Assembly: GCA_028718225.1 (NCBI GenBank)
Contig: JAQUMI010000002.1
Coordinates: 16-64,015, forward strand
Length of the DNA stretch: 64,000 bases
Direction: 5' to 3'
DNA from: Candidatus Omnitrophota bacterium
GTDB lineage: Bacteria > Omnitrophota > Gorgyraeia > Gygaellales > Profunditerraquicolaceae
The translations under genes were made by a program, and so were the position numbers. Positions 29,016-36,108 of this stretch are shown here, piece by piece; position 1 is the stretch's first letter; the number at the start of each line of letters is the position of its first letter. The notes below the pieces were generated by a model. The model made no database searches. It worked only from the letters and a program-made list of their open reading frames with translations, and was not told the DNA's origin.

Positions 29016-29423
29016 ATGTATAAATATGGTTTCACCCTTATAGAACTTATCATCGTAGTCATCATCGTGGCTATCCTTGCCCTAGTTGCCATCCCCAGAT
29101 ACTATGCCAATGTAGCTAAAGCACAGAAATCCCAGGTTTATAGCAACCTTAATAACATAATACAGGCAGCCAGGGCTTATTACGCAGTTAAAGGCGCTTG
29201 GCCTGCACAGGATGTTTTTCCTATTACCGTAACTATTGACGGAGATACCATATATAATGTAGCTAATCCCGACCCAAATTATACGTTTTGGCATTATTAC
29301 CATACCTCCGTCACTTGTGCATCTAGAGGTGTATATGGAACGTATGCCTATAAACAACCCGGTAATACCTGCGAGTATGGACTTTGTACGGATGCCTATA
29401 CCTGGGGAACCTGTACACCGTAG
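29016..29423 (+). CDS. Type IV pilin-like protein (prepilin with an N-terminal methylation motif), paralog 1
   Basis: 135 aa. MYKYG/FTLIELIIVVIIVAILALVAIPRY shows class III signal features (Gly-1, Phe+1, Glu+5). Four Cys in the C-terminal half; ends in TCTP. Confidence 0.85.
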   Translation: MYKYGFTLIELIIVVIIVAILALVAIPRYYANVAKAQKSQVYSNLNNIIQAARAYYAVKGAWPAQDVFPITVTIDGDTIYNVANPDPNYTFWHYYHTSVTCASRGVYGTYAYKQPGNTCEYGLCTDAYTWGTCTP

Positions 29424-29490
29424 ATAAGAACATAAATCAGCCAGGCATGGTTCTTAAGTCAATCTTAAAACGTCTTCTGAAAAAATTTAG

Positions 29491-29518
29491 TTGACAAATC
29501 TTACCGGAGTGTTAAAGT
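29491..29518 (+). promoter_or_regulatory. Putative sigma70-type promoter of the B12 riboswitch operon
   Basis: TTGACA at 29491-29496, a 16-nt spacer, then TAAAGT at 29513-29518, about 17 nt upstream of the riboswitch P1. Confidence 0.45.
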
Positions 29519-29534
29519 AAAAAAGACAACTTAA

Positions 29535-29730
29535 TTATAGGTTAGGGAAATCAGTAAGCCCCAAGGATATGTTTTGGCTTGCGTTAGCCAAAGCCATAAG
29601 CCTAAAAGGCCAAAGCTGATGCGGTCCCGCCGCTGTAACGGGCAAGTAATGCTTACAAAAAGCCACTGGTTGAAAAGACTGGGAAGGCCGTAAGAGAAAT
29701 AAGCCCTAAAGCCAGAAGACCTGCCTATAA
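29535..29730 (+). promoter_or_regulatory. Cobalamin riboswitch aptamer (long form with GCCACUG/GGGAAGGC extension)
   Basis: P1 TTATAGG (29535-41) pairs with CCTATAA (29724-30). Also present: AGGGAAATCAG..., GGTCCCGCCGCTGTAA, GCCACTGG...CTGGGAAGGC and the B12 box GCCAGAAGACCTGCC (29711-25). It lies upstream of btuFCD-cob genes. Confidence 0.85.
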
Positions 29731-29773
29731 AAAGATACGCCTCGTGGAATGGGCCAGAGCTATATTTGGGTGC

Positions 29774-29809
29774 AACCCGCCAGAAATTAACCGGCGGGTT
29801 TTTATTTTT
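29774..29809 (+). terminator. Riboswitch expression-platform intrinsic terminator
   Basis: AACCCGCC (29774-81) pairs with GGCGGGTT (29793-800) across an 11-nt loop. TTTATTTTT follows and runs directly into the btuF ATG at 29810. Confidence 0.7.
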
Positions 29810-30646
29810 ATGGCTAAGAAAATAATATTAATCCTGGTTTTTGTTTTTTTTATCCTCTCCAGCGCGCAAGCCGCGTCAAGGTACATATCCCTTGCGCCTT
29901 CAACTACCGAAATACTTTTTGCCTTAGGGCTGGGAGAGGATATTGTAGGAGTAAGTTCCTACTGTAACTATCCTCCGGAAACTAAAAATAAGGCTAAAGT
30001 CGGCGATTTCAGCCATCCGAATATAGAAAAGATAATCTCTTTAAGGCCGGATTATGTTTTTTGCACCGGTTTAGAGCAGGCACCGGTTATTGAAGAATTA
30101 AAATATTTGAAATTCAATACCTACATAGCTGATCCCGCGGATACGGAAGAATTATTCAAGACTATTACGGATATAGGAGCAATTACCCATAGGGAAAAAG
30201 AGGCGTCAGCCTTAATCAGAAAGATGAAAGACGATATTGTGCAGATCGAGGCGGATATCAAGGTTATCCCCCAGGCAAAGAGAGTGAAAGTTTTTGTAGA
30301 GATATGGCATGAACCGCTGATGACCGCCGGGAGAGGCTCAATTATCGATGAGGTCATTACCCTGGCAGGAGGTATCAATATTGCGCACGATGTCAAAAGA
30401 CCCTATTGTAATTTCAGCGCAGAGAAAGTGGTCAGGTTGGACCCGCAGGTCATTATTTTAGCTTATATGGACAGGGAGTCTCCGTTAAAATTGGTTGAAG
30501 GACGTTTTGGCTGGGCTAATATTTCCGCGGTAAAGAATAGAAGGGTCTTTAATGACATTGACCCGGAACTCTTGCTAAGGCCTACGCCCCGGATAACTGA
30601 AGGTTTGAAAAAACTTTATAAGAAATTATATCCCGTCAATGAATGA
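29810..30646 (+). CDS. btuF: Periplasmic corrinoid-binding protein of an ABC importer (BtuF-like)
   Basis: The track ORF begins at GTG 29744, inside the riboswitch platform. I prefer ATG 29810, which gives the signal peptide MAKKIILILVFVFFILSSAQA/A. Family-8 SBP fold features are present. The B12 assignment rests on the riboswitch and cob-gene context. Confidence 0.78.
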   Translation: MAKKIILILVFVFFILSSAQAASRYISLAPSTTEILFALGLGEDIVGVSSYCNYPPETKNKAKVGDFSHPNIEKIISLRPDYVFCTGLEQAPVIEELKYLKFNTYIADPADTEELFKTITDIGAITHREKEASALIRKMKDDIVQIEADIKVIPQAKRVKVFVEIWHEPLMTAGRGSIIDEVITLAGGINIAHDVKRPYCNFSAEKVVRLDPQVIILAYMDRESPLKLVEGRFGWANISAVKNRRVFNDIDPELLLRPTPRITEGLKKLYKKLYPVNE

Positions 30647-31601
30647 ACATCTAAAGAAAAAATTACTGGTTTTATTTTTACTGTTGGGTATCGCGGTAGT
30701 TTTCGGCCTGGCCCAAGGCTCAGTGCATATCCCCCTGAACAGCCTTTTGCTCAAAGATAACCAGGTAATCTTTAATATGCGTTTACTCAGGATTTTGGCG
30801 GCTATCCTGGTGGGAAGCGGCCTGGCCGCCGCGGGAATAGTCCTGCAGGCAATCTTAAGAAATCCTTTGGCCGAACCGTATTTGTTGGGTACTTCCAGCG
30901 GCGCAGGCCTGGCAGCGGTAATCGCCGTGATTCTGGGCGTTTCAAGGATTTATATGCCTCTGGCGGCATTCCTGGGTGCAGTAGCCAGTATTATTTTAGT
31001 TTACAGCCTGGCCAGTGAAAGGAAAAAAATAGCAGACAGGTCTTTAATTCTTTCCGGAGTGATTGTTTCTATAGCTTTTTCCTCAATAATAGTTTTTCTG
31101 GTTTCTTTGTTCGGCAATCAAGCCCTGCATGAAATGAATTGGTGGCTGTGGGGCTCCTTGCAGGTTTATGACTGGCAGCTTGTTCTCCTGGTTGCCCTAC
31201 CGGTTGCCTTAGGGATAGGCGTGATTTATCTTTTTGCCCAGGACCTAAACGCGATTCAACTAGGGGAAGAGGAGGCCATCCATCTGGGGATAGATACCCA
31301 GAACGTTAAAAATATTTTAATCATTGTTACCGCATTAATTACTGCCAGTCTTATCTGTATCTGCGGGATAATCGGATTTGTAGGCTTGATTGTGCCGCAT
31401 ATGATGCGCCAGGTTGTGGGTTCGAACCATAAGGCGCTCATTCCGGTCACCTGCCTGGCAGCGGCGATATTTATGGTAATTTGCGATATTGTTTCGCGTA
31501 CTCTTTTTGCTCCGGTAGAGATACCTATTGGAGTAATTACCGCGATAATCGGTGCGCCCATCTTTATTATTTTATTAAAGCGCGGACAGAAGGTTCAATG
31601 A
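30639..31601 (+). CDS. btuC: FecCD-family ABC permease (BtuC-like)
   Basis: 320 aa, multi-TM, with the C-terminal VGxITAxIGAPxFIxLL typical of FecCD/BtuC. Confidence 0.8.
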   Translation: MNEHLKKKLLVLFLLLGIAVVFGLAQGSVHIPLNSLLLKDNQVIFNMRLLRILAAILVGSGLAAAGIVLQAILRNPLAEPYLLGTSSGAGLAAVIAVILGVSRIYMPLAAFLGAVASIILVYSLASERKKIADRSLILSGVIVSIAFSSIIVFLVSLFGNQALHEMNWWLWGSLQVYDWQLVLLVALPVALGIGVIYLFAQDLNAIQLGEEEAIHLGIDTQNVKNILIIVTALITASLICICGIIGFVGLIVPHMMRQVVGSNHKALIPVTCLAAAIFMVICDIVSRTLFAPVEIPIGVITAIIGAPIFIILLKRGQKVQ

Positions 31602-32386
31602 AACCATTGCTAAGGATCGCTAATTTAAGCGCCGGCTACTCCGGCGAAGATATCATTAGGGGCGTATCTTTGGAGATTAATGCCGGCGATTTCATCGGAA
31701 TTATCGGGCCGAATGGCTCAGGCAAAACCACGCTTTTAAGGCTGTGCTCTAAGGTCCTGCGTCCCCGTAAGGGAAAAATTTATTTTGATAATAAGGATAT
31801 CTTCGCTATGGATTTAAAGGGGTTTTGCCGCAAGGTAGCCTTTGTTTCCCAGGACATCTCTACCGGTTTTTCATTCAGCGTAATGGAGCTGGCCCTAATG
31901 GGAAGGATTCCGCATTTAAAGAGGCTGCAATTTGAAACCCGAAAAGATATCGAAATCTGCGAGAAGGCGCTCGCCTTAACCGATTCTTTGGGCTTAAAGG
32001 AAAAAATAGTTAACGAACTAAGCGCAGGTGAACGCCAGCGGGCAATTATTTCCCGGGCCTTGGCCCAGGAGCCGGTACTTTTATTGCTGGATGAACCGAC
32101 AGCGCACCTGGATATCGGCCACCAGATTCAAGTGATGGATTTACTTAAAAAACTCAACCATCAGAATAACCTGACTATTATTATGATCCTGCACGATTTA
32201 AACCTTGCCAGCGCCTATTGTAACCGCATTTGCCTGCTGGATAACGGAAATATATTTAAAGAAGGCCAGGCCGAAGACGTGCTTACTTATAAAAATATAG
32301 AAGCGGTGTATAAAACAGTTGTTTTGGTGAATACTAATCCGGTTACTAAAAGGCCGAATGTAGTTTTAGTGCCGAAAGAAATATGA
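31598..32386 (+). CDS. btuD: ABC transporter ATPase (BtuD-like)
   Basis: The track ORF starts at 31481 inside btuC. I prefer ATG 31598 (MKPLLRIANLS), an ATGA overlap with the btuC stop. Walker A GPNGSGKTT, the LSAGERQR signature and LLLLDEP are present. Confidence 0.8.
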   Translation: MKPLLRIANLSAGYSGEDIIRGVSLEINAGDFIGIIGPNGSGKTTLLRLCSKVLRPRKGKIYFDNKDIFAMDLKGFCRKVAFVSQDISTGFSFSVMELALMGRIPHLKRLQFETRKDIEICEKALALTDSLGLKEKIVNELSAGERQRAIISRALAQEPVLLLLDEPTAHLDIGHQIQVMDLLKKLNHQNNLTIIMILHDLNLASAYCNRICLLDNGNIFKEGQAEDVLTYKNIEAVYKTVVLVNTNPVTKRPNVVLVPKEI

Positions 32387-32967
32387 AAGTCACGCGCCTT
32401 ACCTTAATCCGCCACGGCTTAACGCAGTGGAATAAGCTGGGCCGTTATTGCGGCCGCAAAGATGTGGCTTTAAGTAAAGAGGGAAGAGCGCAAGCGCAAT
32501 GTTTAGCTAAGCAGCTAAAGGCTGCCAGGTTTGACAAGGTTTATTCCAGCGATAGGAAACGCAGCCTCCAGACCGCCCGCATAGTATTTAAAAAAGCTAA
32601 AATTATCCGGGCATCTTCGTTAAGAGAGCTTGATTTCGGGGTTCTGGAAGGATTACGCCATAATGAAATCATGGAGAAATATCCGTCTGTTTATAGACGG
32701 TGGCTTAATGATCCGTACCGGGATTGTATCCCCGGGGCTGAACCTATGCGCGGGTTTAAACGGAGGGTTAAGCTGGGCCTGGAAAAGATTATCCGCTTAA
32801 ATGCGGGAAAAAATTTGGCAATTGTTTGCCATGGAGGAGTAATCGGCATATTCATCAGCAGTATATTAAAAAAAAAGAATTTCTGGCGCTATATTCCGAA
32901 AACGGCAAGCTTGACCATAATTGAATGTACGGGAGGCATCTTTAAGATCAAGGAGAGGAATGGGTAA
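32383..32967 (+). CDS. cobC: Histidine-phosphatase family protein, alpha-ribazole phosphatase (CobC-like)
   Basis: 194 aa with the RHG motif (LIRHGLTQWN) and CHGGVI. Sits in the cob operon. Confidence 0.75.
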   Translation: MKVTRLTLIRHGLTQWNKLGRYCGRKDVALSKEGRAQAQCLAKQLKAARFDKVYSSDRKRSLQTARIVFKKAKIIRASSLRELDFGVLEGLRHNEIMEKYPSVYRRWLNDPYRDCIPGAEPMRGFKRRVKLGLEKIIRLNAGKNLAIVCHGGVIGIFISSILKKKNFWRYIPKTASLTIIECTGGIFKIKERNG

Positions 32968-33478
32968 GATAACTTTAGTCCTGGGGGGAGTAAGGAGCGG
33001 AAAGAGCGCTTATGCTTTAAGCCTGGCAGGTAAAAAGAAAAAGGTAGCTTTTATCGCTACCGGTGAGGGACTAGACAAGGAGATGCGCGAACGTATCCTG
33101 AAGCATCAAAAAACCAGGCCGAAGGATTGGGAAACTTTCGAGGAGCCAAGGGATTTGACGGCTTTAATAGCCAGGATCGGAGACGATTATGATTGTATTA
33201 TCGTTGATTGCCTGACTCTTTTAATTTCCAACCTTATTTTGGCTAAGGATAAGGAAAAAGCTATTCGGGGAAAATGCGCAGCCTGGCTATTGCAGCTAGA
33301 AAAGAAAAAAGCAAAGATAATCCTGGTGGCTAACGAAGTGGGTTTAGGGCTAGTCCCGCTAACTAAATTGGGGAGGGATTTCCGCGATATCGCCGGAAGA
33401 ATAAACCAGTTAGCGGCGCAGGAAGCCCAGGAGGTTTACTTGCTTGCCGCAGGAATACCGTTAAAGATAAAGGGGTGA
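32960..33478 (+). CDS. cobU: Adenosylcobinamide kinase / adenosylcobinamide-phosphate guanylyltransferase
   Basis: I prefer ATG 32960 (MGKITLVLGGVRSGKSAYA), with the GGxRSGKS P-loop. It overlaps the cobC stop by 8 nt. Confidence 0.85.
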   Translation: MGKITLVLGGVRSGKSAYALSLAGKKKKVAFIATGEGLDKEMRERILKHQKTRPKDWETFEEPRDLTALIARIGDDYDCIIVDCLTLLISNLILAKDKEKAIRGKCAAWLLQLEKKKAKIILVANEVGLGLVPLTKLGRDFRDIAGRINQLAAQEAQEVYLLAAGIPLKIKG

Positions 33479-33484
33479 ATTTAA

Positions 33485-34546
33485 ATGGAGAGGATAAGCA
33501 AAATAGCTAAGAGTATCTGCGCAATAGATGGAGCTATGCTGGAGAGGGCCCAAAACAGGCTGGATAATTTAACCAAGCCTTTAGGAAGTCTGGGCCGGCT
33601 CGAGGAATTAGCCAAACAAATCTGCGGGATTAGCGCAAGTGAAAACCCCCTATTGAAAAATAAGGTTATTTTTACGCTGGCGGCGGACCATGGCGTAACC
33701 GAAGAAGGCGTCAGCCCCTACCCGCAAGAGGTGACTGCTCAAATGGTCTATAATTTTCTTTCCGGCGGTGCGGGGATAAATATTTTAGCCGGGCATGTCG
33801 GGGCCAGGGTAGTAGTAGCGGACGTCGGAGTCAGTATCGACCTTAAGCCTGATTCAAGGCTGGTAGACAGAAAAATAAATTACGGGACAAAAAATATGGC
33901 TCGCGGGGCGGCAATGACTAAGGATGAAGCGCTAAAGTCAATTTGCGCCGGAATAGAAATATTTGAGAACGAATATAAAAAAGGCATTGATATCGCCGGA
34001 ACGGGAGAGATGGGAATAGGCAATACTACCGCAGCCAGCGCCATAACCGCCTGTTTTACTAAAAGGCCTGTCGAGGAGATAACCGGCAGGGGTGCCGGCC
34101 TGGACGATAAAGGCCTGAATAATAAAATAACTGTAATCAAAAAATCTTTGTCCGCGAATAATCCCGATCCGCTCGAGGCGATTGATGTATTGGCCAAAGT
34201 CGGCGGTTTCGAGATCGGCGGGCTCGCCGGAATAATTTTAGCGGCGGCGGCAAATAAAGTCCCCGTAGTCATTGACGGTTTTATTTCCGGGGCAGCCGCA
34301 TTAATCGCTTATCATATTGAGCCAAAAGTCAAGGATTACATGATTGCCAGCCATTGCTCGGTAGAAGGCGGGCATAAAATAATTTTAGAATTTTTGGGGT
34401 TAAAACCGCTCTTGGACCTGAATTTAAGGCTCGGAGAAGGGACCGGCGCTGCTTTAGGCATAGGGCTGGCTGATGCTGCGCTAAAAATTTTAACTCAGAT
34501 GGCTACTTTTAAAAGCGCGAATGTTTCGGAGAAGAAAAATGAATAG
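33485..34546 (+). CDS. cobT: Nicotinate-nucleotide--dimethylbenzimidazole phosphoribosyltransferase
   Basis: 353 aa with GEMGIGNTT and LGEGTGAA. Confidence 0.9.
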   Translation: MERISKIAKSICAIDGAMLERAQNRLDNLTKPLGSLGRLEELAKQICGISASENPLLKNKVIFTLAADHGVTEEGVSPYPQEVTAQMVYNFLSGGAGINILAGHVGARVVVADVGVSIDLKPDSRLVDRKINYGTKNMARGAAMTKDEALKSICAGIEIFENEYKKGIDIAGTGEMGIGNTTAASAITACFTKRPVEEITGRGAGLDDKGLNNKITVIKKSLSANNPDPLEAIDVLAKVGGFEIGGLAGIILAAAANKVPVVIDGFISGAAALIAYHIEPKVKDYMIASHCSVEGGHKIILEFLGLKPLLDLNLRLGEGTGAALGIGLADAALKILTQMATFKSANVSEKKNE

Positions 34547-35270
34547 TTTTTTCTTAGCCCTCCAGTTCCTGACAGTTATCCCGTTAAAAATAAAAGGGGT
34601 AACTGAGGAAAAACTGGCCAGGGCAACGCTATATTTTCCTTTAGTCGGCTTACTCATCGGCCTGGTCCTGGCGCAGATAAATTTGGGTTTATTTATCCTG
34701 AATTTTCCCTCTCTTGCAATAAGCATAATTTTAATCGTCTTTTTGGTCGGCCTGACTGGCGGCCTGCACCTGGACGGCCTTTCTGACAGCGCAGATGCTT
34801 TTTTAAGCGGCCGGTCCAAAGAAGAAATGCTTAATATTATGCGCGACCCGCACACCGGAGTAATGGGCGTTTTAAGCATTATCTGCGCTATTCTTTTAAA
34901 AATTGGCTTACTGTATTCTCTGCCTACTCCGGCAAGGACGAGCGCGTTACTGCTGATGTGTGTTTTAAGCCGCTGGTCAGCGGTACTGGCGATGTTTGCG
35001 TTTGCCTATGCCAGGCAAGAGGGAAAAGCCGGGGTTTTTATCCGGGGGATAACCCCGAAGATTTTCCTCGTTTCCTTAATCTCGGCTTTTATATTTGCGT
35101 TGGTTATCTGGCAGCTTAAGGGATTAATCGCGTTAGCTATCGTAAGCGGCTGCGCTTATCTGTCCGGCAGCTTTACCAACAGAAGAATAGGCGGGATAAC
35201 CGGAGACACGCTGGGAGCAACAATAGAACTAACAGAAATAGCTGTTCTGTTAATTTTTTGTATTTTATAA
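34539..35270 (+). CDS. cobS: Adenosylcobinamide-GDP ribazoletransferase (cobalamin synthase)
   Basis: I prefer ATG 34539 (MNSFFLALQFLTVIP). Multi-TM with the HLDGLSD and GGITGD motifs. Confidence 0.88.
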   Translation: MNSFFLALQFLTVIPLKIKGVTEEKLARATLYFPLVGLLIGLVLAQINLGLFILNFPSLAISIILIVFLVGLTGGLHLDGLSDSADAFLSGRSKEEMLNIMRDPHTGVMGVLSIICAILLKIGLLYSLPTPARTSALLLMCVLSRWSAVLAMFAFAYARQEGKAGVFIRGITPKIFLVSLISAFIFALVIWQLKGLIALAIVSGCAYLSGSFTNRRIGGITGDTLGATIELTEIAVLLIFCIL

Positions 35271-35281
35271 AAAGGAGCTGT

Positions 35282-35956
35282 ATGGACGCGCTAAAGGCAA
35301 TATCATCGTGGAGCGGAGGAAAAGACAGTTGTTTGGCTTGTTATAAGGCAATGCAGCAGGGTTATGATGTAAAATTGCTCTTGAATTTTGTTTCGCGGGA
35401 ATCCAAGCGCGGGTGTTTCCACGGAATTGAAAGCAGACTGCTTAAGTTTCAGGCGGATTTAGTCGGAGTGCCCCTGGTACAGCGGGAAGTCAGCCCGGAT
35501 ATGCAGAAATACGAAGCAGAATTCAAAACTGCGGTTACCGAGCTAAGGGGCAGCGATATCGGCTCAATGGTCTTTGGCGATATCTACCTCCTGGAGCACG
35601 AAAGCTGGATTGAGCGGGTCTGCGGGGATTTAAAAATTAATCCTATAGAGCCGCTTTGGAATAATACTCCGGAAAATATTATTGCCGAGTTTTTAAAAGC
35701 GGGGTTTAAAGCAATTATTGTCAGCTGCAAGGCAGATATAATGGGCAAGGAATTTCTCGGCTGTTATATTGATCAAGGTTTGGTTGAGGAATTGAGAAAA
35801 AGAGGCATCTGCCCCTGCGGGGAGAAAGGAGAATTCCATACTTTAGTGGTTGATGGGCCCATATTCAGCCGGCCGATTAAAATTTTAAAGGCTGAACCAA
35901 TAATCAAGGAAAGTTTTTGGAAACACTGGTTCTTGGATATTAAAGAATACGCTTAA
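35282..35956 (+). CDS. PP-loop ATP pyrophosphatase of the Dph6 / MJ0570 (DUF71) family; function unknown in bacteria
   Basis: I prefer ATG 35282, preceded by AAGGAG. It carries the SWSGGKDS PP-loop and GEKGEFHTLVVDGPIF, typical of the diphthine-ammonia-ligase-like family. It is the last gene of the riboswitch-controlled cob operon. Confidence 0.75.
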   Translation: MDALKAISSWSGGKDSCLACYKAMQQGYDVKLLLNFVSRESKRGCFHGIESRLLKFQADLVGVPLVQREVSPDMQKYEAEFKTAVTELRGSDIGSMVFGDIYLLEHESWIERVCGDLKINPIEPLWNNTPENIIAEFLKAGFKAIIVSCKADIMGKEFLGCYIDQGLVEELRKRGICPCGEKGEFHTLVVDGPIFSRPIKILKAEPIIKESFWKHWFLDIKEYA

Positions 35957-35970
35957 AACTTCTTTAAGGA

Positions 35971-36108
35971 TACAAAACCGGATAGGTGAAGGAAGTCCTG
36001 GTGAGAACCCAGGCGCTGTCGCGCAACGGTAATATTGGCAATAAGCTAATTAGCCCGGTCGATCGCTTATTATCAGGTAAGTACTCTCGCCAGAAGGGAA
36101 AGGATTGT
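35971..36108 (+). promoter_or_regulatory. Second cobalamin riboswitch-like element (short architecture)
   Basis: GGTGAAGGAAGTCCTGGTGAGAACCCAGGCGCTGTCGCGCAACGGTAA matches the conserved Cbl core. A B12-box-like CGCCAGAAGG lies at 36089-36098. There is no GCCACUG/GGGAAGGC module and no terminator. The 3' end abuts the btuB ATG. Confidence 0.6.

Noticed and set aside
29424-29490. A possible terminator after pilin gene 1 (AAGAAC...GTTCTT, with an 18-nt loop).
   Set aside because: The stem is only 6-7 bp, the loop is large, and there is no following U-tract, so this is not a convincing intrinsic terminator.
29744-29809. An in-frame GTG-initiated 22-codon extension of btuF, as given in the ORF track. 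Analogous extensions occur at btuB (GTG 35986), btuD (31481) and PilZ-2 (TTG 47192).
   Set aside because: The extensions run through a riboswitch expression platform, a riboswitch aptamer, the upstream gene and a tRNA respectively. They would bury otherwise canonical N-termini (signal peptides, P-loop context). Downstream ATGs with better context exist.
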